Below, in pieces: positions 1 through 12,764 of a stretch of DNA of 64,000 bases. The translations under genes were made by a program, and so were the position numbers. Under the pieces are notes generated by a model. It was given only the letters and a program-made list of their open reading frames with translations. It ran no database searches and was not told the DNA's origin. The DNA is from Neoechinorhynchus agilis (taxonomy: Eukaryota; Animalia; Acanthocephala): assembly GCA_051530055.1 (NCBI GenBank), contig CM121341.1, positions 8,224,784-8,288,783 on the forward strand. Direction: 5' to 3'. The first letter of the stretch is position 1, and each line of letters opens with the position of its first letter.

Positions 1-3000
1 GAGAGGTCGGAGGGCGATAGACGCCAGCAATGGTGAATTCTCTGAGGTAGATTCTCAGAGGAGCTATGAAATGGACTGCGATGAATTCTATATCGAAGTT
101 TTGAAGAGAGCCTGTGATAGATAAAGAGTAAGGTAACGATTGCCGTACGTAAACTGGGACCCCCCTACTGGACCGTCATCGTGGTATGGAAGGAAGAGTA
201 CCCGGGAAGGATGGCTGAATCGCTGTTGAAGATGGTAAGCCACGTTTCTGTTAAGATGACTATGTCGGCTTTTGAGGTAGATGAATTGAGTGAAATTTTA
301 TCTAGTTTAGGGAGGAGGTTGCGATTACTGGAGTAGTCCAAGGAGACACAATTTGATCATACATGATTAGTTAATCACTTGTGGTGTTTATGAGCTCCAT
401 CATGGAGTCAATTTGGAGCAAGGAGGACTCAAGTCGAGAGGTCGGAGGTTATAGACGCCAGCAATGGTGAATTCTCTGGAGGTCGATTCTCAGAGGAGCG
501 AAATGGACTGCGATGAATTCTATATCGAAGTTTTGAAGAGAGCCTGTGATAGATAAAGAGTAAGGTGCACGATTGCCTACAAACTGAGACCCTCCTGGAC
601 GGTCATCGTGGTATGGAAGGAAGAGTACCCGGGAAGGGATGGCTGAATCGCCGTTGAAGGGGGTAAGCCACGTTTCTATTAAGATGACTATGTAAGGAAG
701 AGTACCCGGGAAGGATGGCTGAATCGCCGTTGAAGGGGGTAAGCCACGTTTCTGTTAAGATGACTACGTCTGCTTTTGAGGTAGATGAAGAATTGAGTGA
801 AATTTTATCTAGTTTAGGAAGGAGGTTACGAGTACTGGAGTAGTCCAAGGAGACACAATTTGATCATAGATGACCAGTTAATCACTTGTGGTGTTTATGA
901 GCTCCATCATGGAGTCAATTTGGAGCAAGGAGTACTCACGTCGAGAGGTCGGAGGGCGATAGACGCCAGCAATGGTGAATTCTCTGAGGTCGTTTCTCAG
1001 AGGAGCTATGAAATTGACTGCGATGAATTCTATATCGAAGTTTTGAAGAGAGCCTGTGATAGATAAAGAGTAAGGTAACGATTGCCGTACGTAAACTGAG
1101 ACTCCCCCTCCTGGACGGTTATCGTGGTATGGAAGGAAGAGTACCCGGGAAGGATGGCTGAATCGCTGATGAAGATGGTAAGCCACGTTTCTATTAAGAT
1201 GACTACGTCGGCTTTTGAGGTAGATGAATTGAGTGAAATTTTATCTAGTTTAGGATGGAGGTTACGAGTACTGGAGTAGTCCAACGAGACACAATTTGAT
1301 CATAGATGACCAGTTAATCACTTGTGGTGTTTATGAGCTTCATCACGGAGTCAATTTGGAGCAAGGAGGACTCAAGTCGAGAGGTCGGAGGGCGATAGAC
1401 GCCAGCAATGGTGAATTCTCTGAGGTCGATTCTCAGAGGAGCTATGAAATGGACTGCGATGAATTCTATATCGAAGTTTTGAAGAGAGCCTGTGATAGAT
1501 AAAGAGTAAGGTAACGATTGCCGTACGTAAATTGAGACCCCCCTCCTTGACGGTCATCGTGGTATGGAAGGAAGAGTACCCGGGAAGGATGGCTGAATCG
1601 CTGTTGAAGGGGGTAAGCCACGTTTCTATTAAGATGACTACGTCGGCTTTTGAGGTAGATGAATTGAGTGAAATTTTATCTAGTTTAGGAAGGAGGTTAC
1701 GAGTACTGGAGTAGTCCAAGGAGACACAATTTGATCATAGATGACCAGTTAATCACTTGTGGTGTTTATGAGCTCCATCATGGAGTCAATTTGGAGCAAG
1801 GAGGACTCAAGTCGAGAGGTCGGAGGGCGATAGACGCCAGCAATGGTGAATTCTCTGAGGTCGATTCTCAGAGGAGCTAGGAAATGGACTGCGATGAATT
1901 CTATATCGAAGTTTTGAAGAGAGCCCGTGATAGATAAAGAGTAAGGTAACGATTGCCGTACGTAAACTGAGACCCCCCTCCTTGACGGTCATCGTGGTAT
2001 GGAAGGAAGAGTACCCGGGAAGGATGGCTGAATCGCTGTTGAAGGGGGTAAGCCACGTTTCTGTTAAGATGACTACGTCGGCTTTTGAGTAGATGAATTG
2101 AGTGAAAATTTATCTAGTTTAGGAAGGAGGTTACGAGTACTGAGAATCTAAGGAGACACAATTTGATCATAGATGACCAGTTAATCACTTGTGGTGCTTT
2201 ATGAGCTCCATCATGGAGTCAATTTGGAGCAAGGAGGACTCACGTCGAGAGGTCGGAGGGCGATAGACGCCAGCAATGGTGAATTCTCTGAGGTCGATTC
2301 TCAGAGGAGCTATGAAATGGACTGCGATGAATTCTATATCGAAGTTTTGAAGAGCGCCTGTGATAGATAAAGAGTAAGGTAATGATTGTCAGACACGTAA
2401 ACCGAGACCCCCTCCTGACGGTCATCGTGGTATGGAAGAGAGTACCCGGGAAGGACGGCTGAATCGCTGTTGAAGATGGTAAGCCACGTTTCTATTAAGA
2501 TGACTACGTCGGCTTTTGAGGTAGACGAATTTAGTGAAATTTTATCTAGTTTAGGAAGGAGGTTACGAGTACTGAGGTCCTTGGGAGACACAATTTGATC
2601 ATACATGACCAGTTAATCATTTCTTGTGAGCTATGAGCTTGATGATAGAGTCAATTTGGAGCAAGGACCCAGGTCGAGAGGCCGGAGGGCGATAGACGTC
2701 AGCAAAGGTGAATTCTCTAAGACTGTTTCTCAAAGGAGCTGTGAAATGGACTGCGATGAATTCTATATCGAAGTTTTGAAGAGAGCCTGTGATAGATAAA
2801 GAGTAAGGTAACGATTGCCGTACGTAAATTGAGACCCCCCTCCAGGACGGTTATCGTTGTATGGAAGGAAGAGTACCCGGGAAGGATGGCTGAATCGCTG
2901 TTGAAGATGGTAAGCCACGTTTCTATTAAGATGACTACGTCGGCTTTTGAGGTAGATGAATTGAGTGAAATTTTATCTAGTTTAGGAAGGAGGTTACGAG

Positions 3001-3330
3001 TACTGGAGTAGTCCAACGAGACACAATTTGATCATAGATGACCAGTTAATCACTTGTGGTGTTTATGAGCTCCATCATGGAGTCAATTTGAGCAAGGAGG
3101 ACTCCAAGTTCCAGAGGTCGAGGAAGCAGATAGATTGCAAATGTACGGTGGTGAATTCTCTGAGGTCGATTCTCAGAGGAGCTATGAAATGGACTGCGAT
3201 GAATTCTATATCGATGTTTTGAAGAGAGCCTGTGATAGATAAAGAGTAAGGTAACGATTGCCGTACGTAAACTGAGACCCCCCCTCCTGGACGGTCATCG
3301 TGGTATGGAAGGAAGAGTACCCGGGAAGGA
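1..3330 (-). repeat. Tandem array with ~433-436 bp unit (~7.5 copies, runs off the left edge), derived from the APE-type endonuclease region of a non-LTR retrotransposon
   Basis: Same ORF fragments recur every ~433-436 bp. Minus-strand translation gives TRNLLPKLDKI..DVVILIETWL..PGY..GGGVSVYV..IEFIAV..IAGVYRPP, the N-terminal half of a LINE APE endonuclease, with a shared frameshift after PGYSSFH. Confidence 0.9.
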
Positions 3331-3519
3331 TGCACAGAAATTTCTAAGAAGTCGGTGGAAATTGTAGGTATCAGTTTCAAGGGCAATTGCTCTCGATATG
3401 CCGTAAAGACAGCCGACGGATCCATCAAAATGGTTGAGTCAGAAGTTGCTCATCAAGAGTATCCTCAACAAGTCATTTCTTTTTACCAATCAAAAATTGT
3501 AGTCGAACGTAAGGATTGA
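3331..3519 (+). CDS. Chromo-shadow-domain-like segment, probable terminal exon of an HP1-like gene
   Basis: Own translation, not in the ORF track: CTEISKKSVEIVGISFKGNCSRYAVKTADGSIKMVESEVAHQEYPQQVISFYQSKIVVERKD*. The 'A...YPQ.VI.FY' motif resembles the HP1 chromo-shadow C-terminus. Possible acceptor tgcacag ends at 3338. No upstream exon is visible in the window. Confidence 0.55.
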   Translation, partial: CTEISKKSVEIVGISFKGNCSRYAVKTADGSIKMVESEVAHQEYPQQVISFYQSKIVVERKD

Positions 3520-4709
3520 AAAACGATTATGTCTCTATGATCAACAGCTATCTGAAAAAATCGATCTTCTCATTGTCAATGGCGGATGTTGGTTGGAGTG
3601 TTGAACTATTGATACAAGTCTTCCAAATGGATTATTAGGCCGGAGAAGTAGGCGTAGTGAATTAATTTTTTGGTTTGTTAAAGGAAATTCATAATATGCA
3701 ATCTCCCTTCCCTCAATGGCGCTTTTATCCTCGACGGCTCCCAATCGTCCAGAAGTACGGACGGACCGAATCTGGACGCTAATGCCAATATTAAAAAACT
3801 TATAAGAGCTTCCTTTGCTGCGCCCGTCAAACTTCTAGATGAGCAAAAACAAGAAGAGACATCAGGGGGGGAGCATCCTTCGGCCAGTCAGCGTATAATC
3901 ATCACCCAAGCAGACTTAGATTTATCGATGACCAGCGTTAATTGTGCTTCGAGGAATGCTTTCGACTTCGGCAACCGTTTGAGAGAGTTTCCAATCTCAA
4001 ATTTGGTTCTAATTTGAGTTTAAAGTCCAACGTCGTCCTTTTCTCGCCTACTCATGATTTGCATTTCCGTTAAACCGTTGATGTTCGGTCAACCCAATAG
4101 GAAATGAGCATAACTTGACGGTAAGATTTGATTACCCATTTAACGCCCTTGAAGATCTGAGTCGAACGTAGAGCTTGAAAAACGATTATATCTATGATCA
4201 ACAGCTACTAAAGAAATATGACGGTTTTTGGTAGGTGGAGAGGTCGGAGAGTGACTTACTTTTTGGGTTCGGACAAATGAAATTCATAAAGTACAAAAGT
4301 CTTTTTTAACTAATGTGAGAGTATCATCTTTAATTAAGAACTTAGAAATACGGACGACCCCGAAGGAAAAACAACCCCCGAGGGTTGAAAATCACTGATT
4401 TAAAGCATCATTATCGGTAGCAAATTTATAATTTTCTTCGGGGTCACAGAGAAGCACCTACTCTATCATCTTTGGAACACTTTAATGCATATGTTTTTAA
4501 ATGCTCATCTTTCTGCGAAATTGCTGAAAAGGTAAGGGGTAGTCTTCACATCTTTGTTTTTCGAAGTGAAAATGCTTTTATTATATTGGAAAATATAGCT
4601 CATCATCTTTATTGATCGATCGATTAGTCCAAAGTTTAAGGCTGAACCTGCCACTAACCGCCAAAATATTATCACAACATCACCAGTACAAAATGAAATT
4701 CTATTTATA

Positions 4710-7125
4710 GGGCAGATTCTGCGAGAGTTCCGCCCAGGATAGTTCCGAAAAGAATTACAAGAGGCGCGCGATATCAGGCCGCAAAGAGATTTACATCTCT
4801 ATTGACAGACTGCATCGAGACCAACTCAGAGTTTTCGTGGATGCGTTTCTTTGCGTTCCCTAGACCAGTGTTTTCCTATGGTGATGTTTCTGAGGGATCC
4901 CTGACACAAAAACAAAGAGCGAATAAGTTCTTTTGACGAAAATGTTATTAAATGCCTTTCAACAGCATTCGAGCTACGTTATGAACATGCCTAGGAGCGT
5001 GACCACCGCCGAAACTCAAATCGTTCGCTTGCTGGACGCGTTTCTTCGAAGCTCGCAGACGGAGATGTGAGAGGAGCAGTACGTCAATGGACAGTCTCGC
5101 AAAAGATAACGAAGAAACCTTACGAACTCTTCGTTCCAAACATCCGAGTGACGGTGGTCGGCAGTATTTCGTGAAATCCTCGTCCTTCGATACGACCGCT
5201 TATGTTTTATCATCGAAATCAGAAGTGAGGATGGCAATCTCCTCTTTTGCTAACGGATTGGCTCACGGGCTTGACGGGCTGAAGCCCCAACACCTAAAGG
5301 ACGTGACTTCCTTTTAAGTAGGTGACGCTGCCCAGTCCCTTTAAGATGCATCGGCACACTTAGTCGACCAATTTGCAGGGCGAAAGTTGATTCCGAAAGC
5401 AGTTGAGTAATTTTTCGGCGCCTTTTTGTATGACCTCGCAAAAAGGAAGTTAGGATTCGTTCCATTGCAATTGGAACAACTCTGGTTCGCTTAATAGCAA
5501 AATTTTTAAATGAAAAGATCGCGGAAAAAGTAGGGATGCTGCTTCGCCCGACTCAGTTAGGCTGCCGTAGACCTTGTGGCGCAGAGGCGATTGTTCTTTT
5601 ACTCCGCACGTTCATCACTGGAAACTCACAGCCGTAAGTGATCTTGAAATGTGATTTGAAAAATTCATTCAACACAGTTCAATGAGCAGATTTGCTCGAA
5701 GTAGTTAGAGATCACGCACCAGAAGCATTTCGCTTTTTCGTTAATGCTTATGGGACTCCAACACCTTTGTTGTTCAATAAGCACGTTTTGTGGTCAAAAA
5801 GATGAGTTCAACAAGGGGATCCTTTGGGCCCAATAGCCTTTTCACCCGCAGTTAATCCCGCCGCGCACTTTCTCCGGTGCAGATTTAATGGTTGGTACCT
5901 GGACGATGCCACGCTCGGAGGTAACTCCTCTGTAGTGCTGCGCGATTTAGACACTAGTGAAGGAGACGGCGAAAATTGGAATTGAATCGAATGCTGCGAA
6001 ATGCGAGATTTTAATGATGAACGTGAAAGATGAGGCGTCCAGGCAAACTATATCGTGAACGATTTTCAAAACCTGGCCCCGACATAGAATTGATCACTCT
6101 AGGCCAGTTGTGTCTTCTTGAAAGTGGCATTTTTGGTTCTTATATTGAAGCAGAGATTGCCAATCTTCGAACGCAACTTTCGGTGCTGTGTGAACGAATT
6201 ACTGAATTATCTTCACATGAGGCTCTGTTCCTGATCAAGAACACCCACTTCATTCCAAAATTGCTGTATAAATTGCGCACAGCACCTTTTTTAGACATAA
6301 GGATAAGGTGGCACAATTAGACGAGACGGTGAAAGCCTTTCTCGAGAAAATTTTAAATACTCAGCTATCGGAAGAGGCATAGCGTCAAGTGTGCATGCAT
6401 GGGTCCTTCGTCAGTTTGGATATCCGAAAAGCATCCGATATTTGTCTGTCTGCTAATTTAGGATCGTATGAAGCAAGCCGCAAAAAAGGGCAATCCTTTC
6501 TTGGCGAAAATTACACTTTAGATGAAGATTTTGTGGAGGCGCTTAATCTTTGGTGTGGAGGTTCCGGCAGCGAGCAGGTATCCGTCAATGGTTGCAAGCA
6601 ATCAGTTTGGAACTCGCCCTTGGTAGCGAGAATTCATAACTCTTTAATTTCAGATTCTCGTGACTTGTTGAACCGATCTCGATTGTCGGCAGTCTCTACA
6701 AGATAATCGGGTGCTTGACTCAAAGCTCTCCCAATGGTTTCTGTGGGTACTCTCCGACGAGACAGTAAGGATTGCAGTGTCTCTGAGATTTGGGGTACCG
6801 ATGTGCACATCCCATCGCTGCCGTTACAGAGCGACTGTGGAACCATCAGGACGCCATGGTCTCGTTTGTCGGCAATCAGGCGGGAGGTACTCACGATACG
6901 CCGAAGTGAGCGCAATTCTTAGTCGTGTCCTTAATACTTTGCATGCGTCCAACATTTTAAAACCAAGCAATCTTTGCCGACTCGATGGCCATAGACCGGC
7001 GGGTCGCTTGGTACCGCAGCGCAGGACCTGGGCAAGCAAATGTCCAAGAGATTGAGACGAATCATTGGCGATACAAAACATAAGTCTGGCTGTGAAACGG
7101 GGGAGCACTGCATCCTTCTTTTCGA
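4710..7125 (+). mobile_element. Degenerate CRE-clade (RLE-type) non-LTR retrotransposon
   Basis: RT motifs ILKCDLKNSFNTV (~5641), VQQGDPLGP (~5806) and WYLDDATLGG (~5893). C-terminal C..C..GRHGLVCR and SLAV.RG motifs. Multiple stops, frameshifts and an internal deletion. Ends are approximate. Confidence 0.8.
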
Positions 7126-7549
7126 CCGTTACACCAGGACGGCAGCTGAGTTATCCAGAGCGGTGGTGTGAATGATTTCTGCTCCGAGATTAAGTGAATC
7201 TTTATAAGATTTTTGAATATACGAAACGCTTCCAATGCTCACTTGAGAACCAACTCCGCAAATCAAAAAGAAAAGTTTACGGCGATATCCAGATCTTTTA
7301 GTCTCCTCAAACCTTCCTCGATTACAAACTTTTTTAAACAATATTTACCAAAACATTTGCAACGATCCACTGCTAATATACGGGCACATTCTGGGTAACT
7401 CTACATTGAGATGTTTTGAGAAAAAGAATAACCGTAACAACATATATAAACCTAGTGTTTATCGCACTCACGTATACTTGTGTTCTCGAGAACAACTCTT
7501 TTTTCGTCTCATAAAGACCAACTGACTTATTTTTGATCGATTAATAGAC

Positions 7550-9283
7550 ATGGCGTCGAAATTGAATCGCAATGCCCGTAAAACCCGAACACACGAGGAT
7601 TCTGGAATATCTTCACCAAGGCTAAGGTCATTATCGCCGTCAAGTCCACATCATATCAGTCGAGTTCAAGAAAAGGAAGATCTTCAAAACCTTAATGACC
7701 GTCTTGCTTCGTATATTGAGCGTGTTACTCGTTTAGAAGAAGACAATGCAAATCTCCAAGTCACGATATCGAATTATCAGGAACGGCAATCGAGCGAAGA
7801 AAATCGAGTAAAAACACTTTATGTTGCTGAAATAGAAGAACTCCGTAGAACTTTAGATGAGGTTTCAAAAGATCGGGCCCGATTGGCGATCGAAGCTGGC
7901 AAACACTCGACTGAGACTACAAACGCTACTAATAAACTCATAAAGTGTGAAAGACAGTTGAAACAATTGGAAGAAAGGCTGAAACAATTCGAAGACGAAA
8001 ATGCCGAGCTTAAATCTAAGCAGGAACGAACGCTTTTCGATCTCGGTCGCAAGACAGATGAAGCAATGAACTTGAAATCGACATTGAACGACGCTGAACG
8101 ACAGCTTTCTGCGTGTCGGCGAGAATTAGAGAATGAAGTAATGCTAAGAGTTGATCTGGGAAATCAGGTAAGTTCCCTAAAAGAAGATGGGCAGTTTAAG
8201 GCGCAGATCCATCAGAAGCAAATGGACGAGATTTTGTACCAGCGACGAACTGAAGTTAAACAGGTTGATGAGCGAATAAAAGAAGAATATGACAATAAAC
8301 TTTTAGCTGAATTGAACAAAATTAGAGAAGATACTGAGGCGAAAATAGCCAAGATGCGCGGTGAGGTTGAACAATGCTACCATCGAAGGCTTGCAGACGC
8401 CGAAGAAATCGGTAAAAGACACGGATCGAACATTTCAAGTCTTAAAGATGATCTGCAAACATCAAGACGAAAGATCGGCGAACTCGTTTCAGAACGTCAG
8501 GCTCTTCAGGATAAATATAATGGATTCGAGATGAGAATTCGCAGTTTAGAAGATGAGCTCCAGAAGAGACAACAGAGATTCGACGACCAATTGAGTTTGA
8601 GAGACGCCGAATTGAGTGAGCTTAGGAAGCAATATGAATCACTTACTGATGATTATCAGGATTTATTGGACATTAAAGTAAGTCTCGACCGAGAGATTTC
8701 TGCTTATACTTCGCTGATTGAATCGGGCGAAGAAAGGCTTCGATTAAAGTCCGAGAATCGAACACGAGGATTTGAGATCTCGAGTGAAACGAGACAAAGA
8801 ACAACGACTCAATCAACAGGAAGTTTTACCAGTACGTCTGTCGATGAAAGCTTTCGAGTGCTTCCGATGACAAAAGGTTCAATTGAAATCAGTGAAGAGG
8901 ATAATCTGAATGGAGCTTATATTCAACTGTTCAACAAAGGACCCCAAGACATTATTATCGGTGGTTTTTGTTTGACCAGGACTGTTCGATCGGATACTTC
9001 AATGAGTAATGCTGACTCTATCGAATTCACATTTCCTCCTTTGACCCATTTCCCGGCTCGTGGAACGCTCAAAGTGGTTTCCAGCGACATTTCTCCCGGT
9101 TCTCAGGATTTCCAATTAAAATCTGGACAAAAATGGCCCATCGGTGATCACGTGGCGACTTCTCTTAAAGACAGTGAAGGAATCGTCCTTGCCAGTCAAG
9201 AATCGAATCGCATAACCAGCGGACCTTTGACGCGATCGCGATGCCGAATGTTCAAGGCTAGTTCAAAATCTCAATCGAAATAA
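7550..9283 (+). CDS. LMN: Nuclear lamin (intermediate filament rod plus lamin tail domain), single exon
   Basis: 577-aa ORF. Head SPSSP..ISRVQEKEDLQNLNDRLASYIERV, long coiled coil, rod end LDIKVSLDREISAYTSLIE.GEERL, LTD-like tail (GAYIQLFNKG..IGGFCLTR..FTFP). Confidence 0.95.
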   Translation: MASKLNRNARKTRTHEDSGISSPRLRSLSPSSPHHISRVQEKEDLQNLNDRLASYIERVTRLEEDNANLQVTISNYQERQSSEENRVKTLYVAEIEELRRTLDEVSKDRARLAIEAGKHSTETTNATNKLIKCERQLKQLEERLKQFEDENAELKSKQERTLFDLGRKTDEAMNLKSTLNDAERQLSACRRELENEVMLRVDLGNQVSSLKEDGQFKAQIHQKQMDEILYQRRTEVKQVDERIKEEYDNKLLAELNKIREDTEAKIAKMRGEVEQCYHRRLADAEEIGKRHGSNISSLKDDLQTSRRKIGELVSERQALQDKYNGFEMRIRSLEDELQKRQQRFDDQLSLRDAELSELRKQYESLTDDYQDLLDIKVSLDREISAYTSLIESGEERLRLKSENRTRGFEISSETRQRTTTQSTGSFTSTSVDESFRVLPMTKGSIEISEEDNLNGAYIQLFNKGPQDIIIGGFCLTRTVRSDTSMSNADSIEFTFPPLTHFPARGTLKVVSSDISPGSQDFQLKSGQKWPIGDHVATSLKDSEGIVLASQESNRITSGPLTRSRCRMFKASSKSQSK

Positions 9284-9841
9284 ATATTTAAGGAAAAGTT
9301 GTTACACTTTTGATTAATCATATAATAAAGCAAAGCTTAAACTCTCGCTAATCTCCCCGATTTATATCCTCCAACGATCAAGCCTCTGAAGAAATTCCAT
9401 CAAGGGTGGCACTAAACTTCTAATAAATATTTTGCCTTTTTCCTGGTGCATTTGAACTGCCAGCCGATTGTTAATTTTTCATCGGTACGCTTTTCCTGTT
9501 CGGTTTCACTTTACGTTTCCATCAAAAACCTGAAGGTTATTTCGCGCTGAGAAGTTTTATAAAGGACAACGACGAGTTTTGAAGACCAATTTATCCATTT
9601 TCTGATCCCGCTTCTTAGCGTCCGTTTTCCAATGATGGATTTTGCTAAAGCAGCTTAATAGGTTTAAATGTAAGACCATAAATAATGATTCACAAAATCG
9701 ATTCAAGAAGGATATTTCACTTGCGGTCCATGGCGGAGCAGTCTTTCTTCGAGAATGGCGCCCCTTCGCCTGCCGCTGCCGCTGGAGCAGCCGTCTTTAT
9801 CAGTCCTGGAAGTGTAGGTTTTCAAAAAAGTCAAATAAATG

Positions 9842-11695
9842 ACCTAAAAATTAATTCTTAAATTCATTTCCATCGACGATGAAGAGATGAAGAAGATTAA
9901 ACGGCATCGTGTTCAAATTTAATTTAGATTTGTTTGCTAAAATGTTTTATTGAACTCAATATCGGCTGATTTTAATCAAAATAACGAAAAAACTTGAAGG
10001 AAAAACCTAAAAAATTAATTCTTAAATTCATTTCCATCGACGATGAAGAGATGAAGAAGATTAAACGGCATCGTGTTCAAATTTAATTAAGATTTGTTCG
10101 CTAAAATGTTTTATTGAACTCAATATCGGCTGATTTTAATCAAAATAACGAAAAAACTTGAAGGAAAAACCTAAAAAATTAATTCTTAAATTCATTTCCA
10201 TCGACGATGAAGAGATGAAGAAGATTAAACGGCATCGTGTTCAAATTTAATTAAGATTTGTTCGCTAAAATGTTTTATTGAACTCAATATCGGCTGATTT
10301 TAATCAAAATAACGAAAAAACTTGAAGAAAACCTAAAAAATTAATTCTTAAATTCATTTCCATCGACGATGAAGAGATGAAGAAGATTAAACGGCATCGT
10401 GTTCAAATTTAATTAAGATTTGTTCGCTAAAATGTTTTATTGAACTCAATATCGGCTGATTTTAATCAAAATAACGAAAAAACTTGAAGGAAAAACCTAA
10501 AAAATTAATTCTTAAATTCATTTCCATCGACGATGAAGGGATGAAGAAGATTAAACGGCATCGTGTTCAAATTTAATTAAGATTTGTTCGCTAAAATGTT
10601 TTATTGAACTCAATATCGGCTGATTTTAATCAAAATAACGAAAAAACTTGAAGGAAAAACCTAAAAATTAATTTAAATTCATTTCCATCGACGATGAAGA
10701 GATGAAGAAGATTAAACGGCATCGTGTTCAAATTTAATTAAGATTTGTTCGCTAAAATGTTTTATTGAACTCAATATCGGCTGATTTTAATCAAAATAAC
10801 GAAAAAACTTGAAGGAAAAACCTAAAAAATTAATTCTTAAATTCATTTCCATCGACGATGAAGAGATGAAGAAGATTAAACGGCATCGTGTTCAAATTTA
10901 ATTAAGATTTGTTCGCTAAAATGTTTTATTGAACTCAATATCGGCTGATTTTAATCAAAATAACGAAAAAACTTGAAGAAAACCTAAAAAATTAATTCTT
11001 AAATTCATTTCCATCGACGATGAAGAGATGAAGAAGATTAAACGGCATCGTGTTCAAATTTAATTAAGATTTGTTCGCTAAAATGTTTTATTGAACTCAA
11101 TATCGGCTGATTTTAATCAAAATAACGAAAAAACTTGAAGAAAACCTAAAAAATTAATTCTTAAATTCATTTCCATCGACGATGAAGAGATGAAGAAGAT
11201 TAAACGGCATCGTGTTCAAATTTAATTAAGATTTGTTCGCTAAAATGTTTTATTGAACTCAATATCGGCTGATTTTAATCAAAATAACGAAAAAACTTGA
11301 AGGAAAAACCTAAAAAATTAATTCTTAAATTCATTTCCATCGACGATGAAGAGATGAAGAAGATTAAACGGCATCGTGTTCAAATTTAATTAAGATTTGT
11401 TCGCTAAAATGTTTTATTGAACTCAATATCGGCTGATTTTAATCAAAATAACGAAAAAACTTGAAGGAAAAACCTAAAAAATTAATTCTTAAATTCATTT
11501 CCATCGACGATGAAGAGATGAAGAAGATTAAACGGCATCGTGTTCAAATTTAATTAAGATTTGTTCGCTAAAATGTTTTATTGAACTCAATATCGGCTGA
11601 TTTTAATCAAAATAACGAAAAAACTTGAAGGAAAAACCTAAAAAATTAATTCTTAAATTCTTTTCTATCGACGATGAAGATTAAACAGCATCGTG
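9842..11695. repeat. Tandem array, 164-bp unit, ~11 copies
   Basis: Near-identical unit acctaaaaaattaattcttaaattcatttccatcgacgatgaagag...; 'cctaa' recurs at 10006 and 10170. Terminal copies are more diverged. Confidence 0.95.
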
Positions 11696-12764
11696 ATTTA
11701 TTCGCTCAAGAAGGCCAACGAAAAGGCCGAAAACTTTGAAGATAAATCTATTTTTTTAACCAAACATCGCTAATTGACGCTGAAACAATAATGAATAATT
11801 TCTTAATAAAAAAATAAAATCTCGAGACCATTAAGTTTCAAAGAAGTTTCAATGTTGTTTCAAAAGTGACATTGTAGATATTTAAAGCATTTCTTTACCA
11901 TATTTTGAATCCGGAACGTCCCCGACCCACATTGTTCAATGGAACATTGAACGAAGAATCGATGACGGTTGATGACTTCGTCTTTCTTTCATACTTTGAG
12001 AATGAAAGACGAGTGCAATGCTCTAGAGGAACTTAATGTTTTATTCAAGGCTTTCTCGGAATCGTTATTGGATGCTTTGTCCAATGCTCTATTTTCGTAA
12101 TATCAAAAATCTTAATTAGATAATCAAAGATTTCCATCATTCAGGTTCGTGTTTGCCTTTTTTCGCTTATTGGATTTTAAAGTTAAAAAAATCCGGATGC
12201 TTTCATCGAACGTTTCTTCAAAGCGCCTTGAATTGAGGTGGTCGTTTTTTGTTGTCGTTTGAACATTGAATTATTCGGGTTTTTGTATATTCTCAATGGC
12301 GAATTGTAACATAGTCGAGTTTTATTGAAGTTTCGAATTTTTAAGGCCTTAAACTCCTTCTCAATCATTGTTTGAAAGTCTTTACGGCGTTTTTGTTTGG
12401 GAAAATCCGATTTTTCAACACAATCTTGAGGCCTCCCAGAACATGAACCGAAACAATTATTTAGTTACGTTTGAAGAATGAAAAAACCTTCAAAATATCA
12501 GACGAAAAGAATCCCTTCAATTTTTCCTAGCTATAGGAGTCGCTCATCGAAAATTAAGAAAAAATTATGATTTCCAACGCTTTTTTAGACTTACAACAAC
12601 AATCAGAGAAAAAATGCAATAATAAAGTTTCATTTATCACAAAACATTTGATTCTTCGTCTTATTCGCAATAAAACAAAGCATCTTTGAATGATTTATCG
12701 ACACTTACATTAGAAGGTTCGGCAGTCTAGATTCGTCGAGTGCTCGGTAACTCTGAATAAATCA

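Noticed and set aside
7819-8052. Antisense ORFs inside lamin, eIF3g, the RRM gene, UGGT, GLUT and Gypsy
   Set aside because: Shadow ORFs of the coding strand with no independent evidence.
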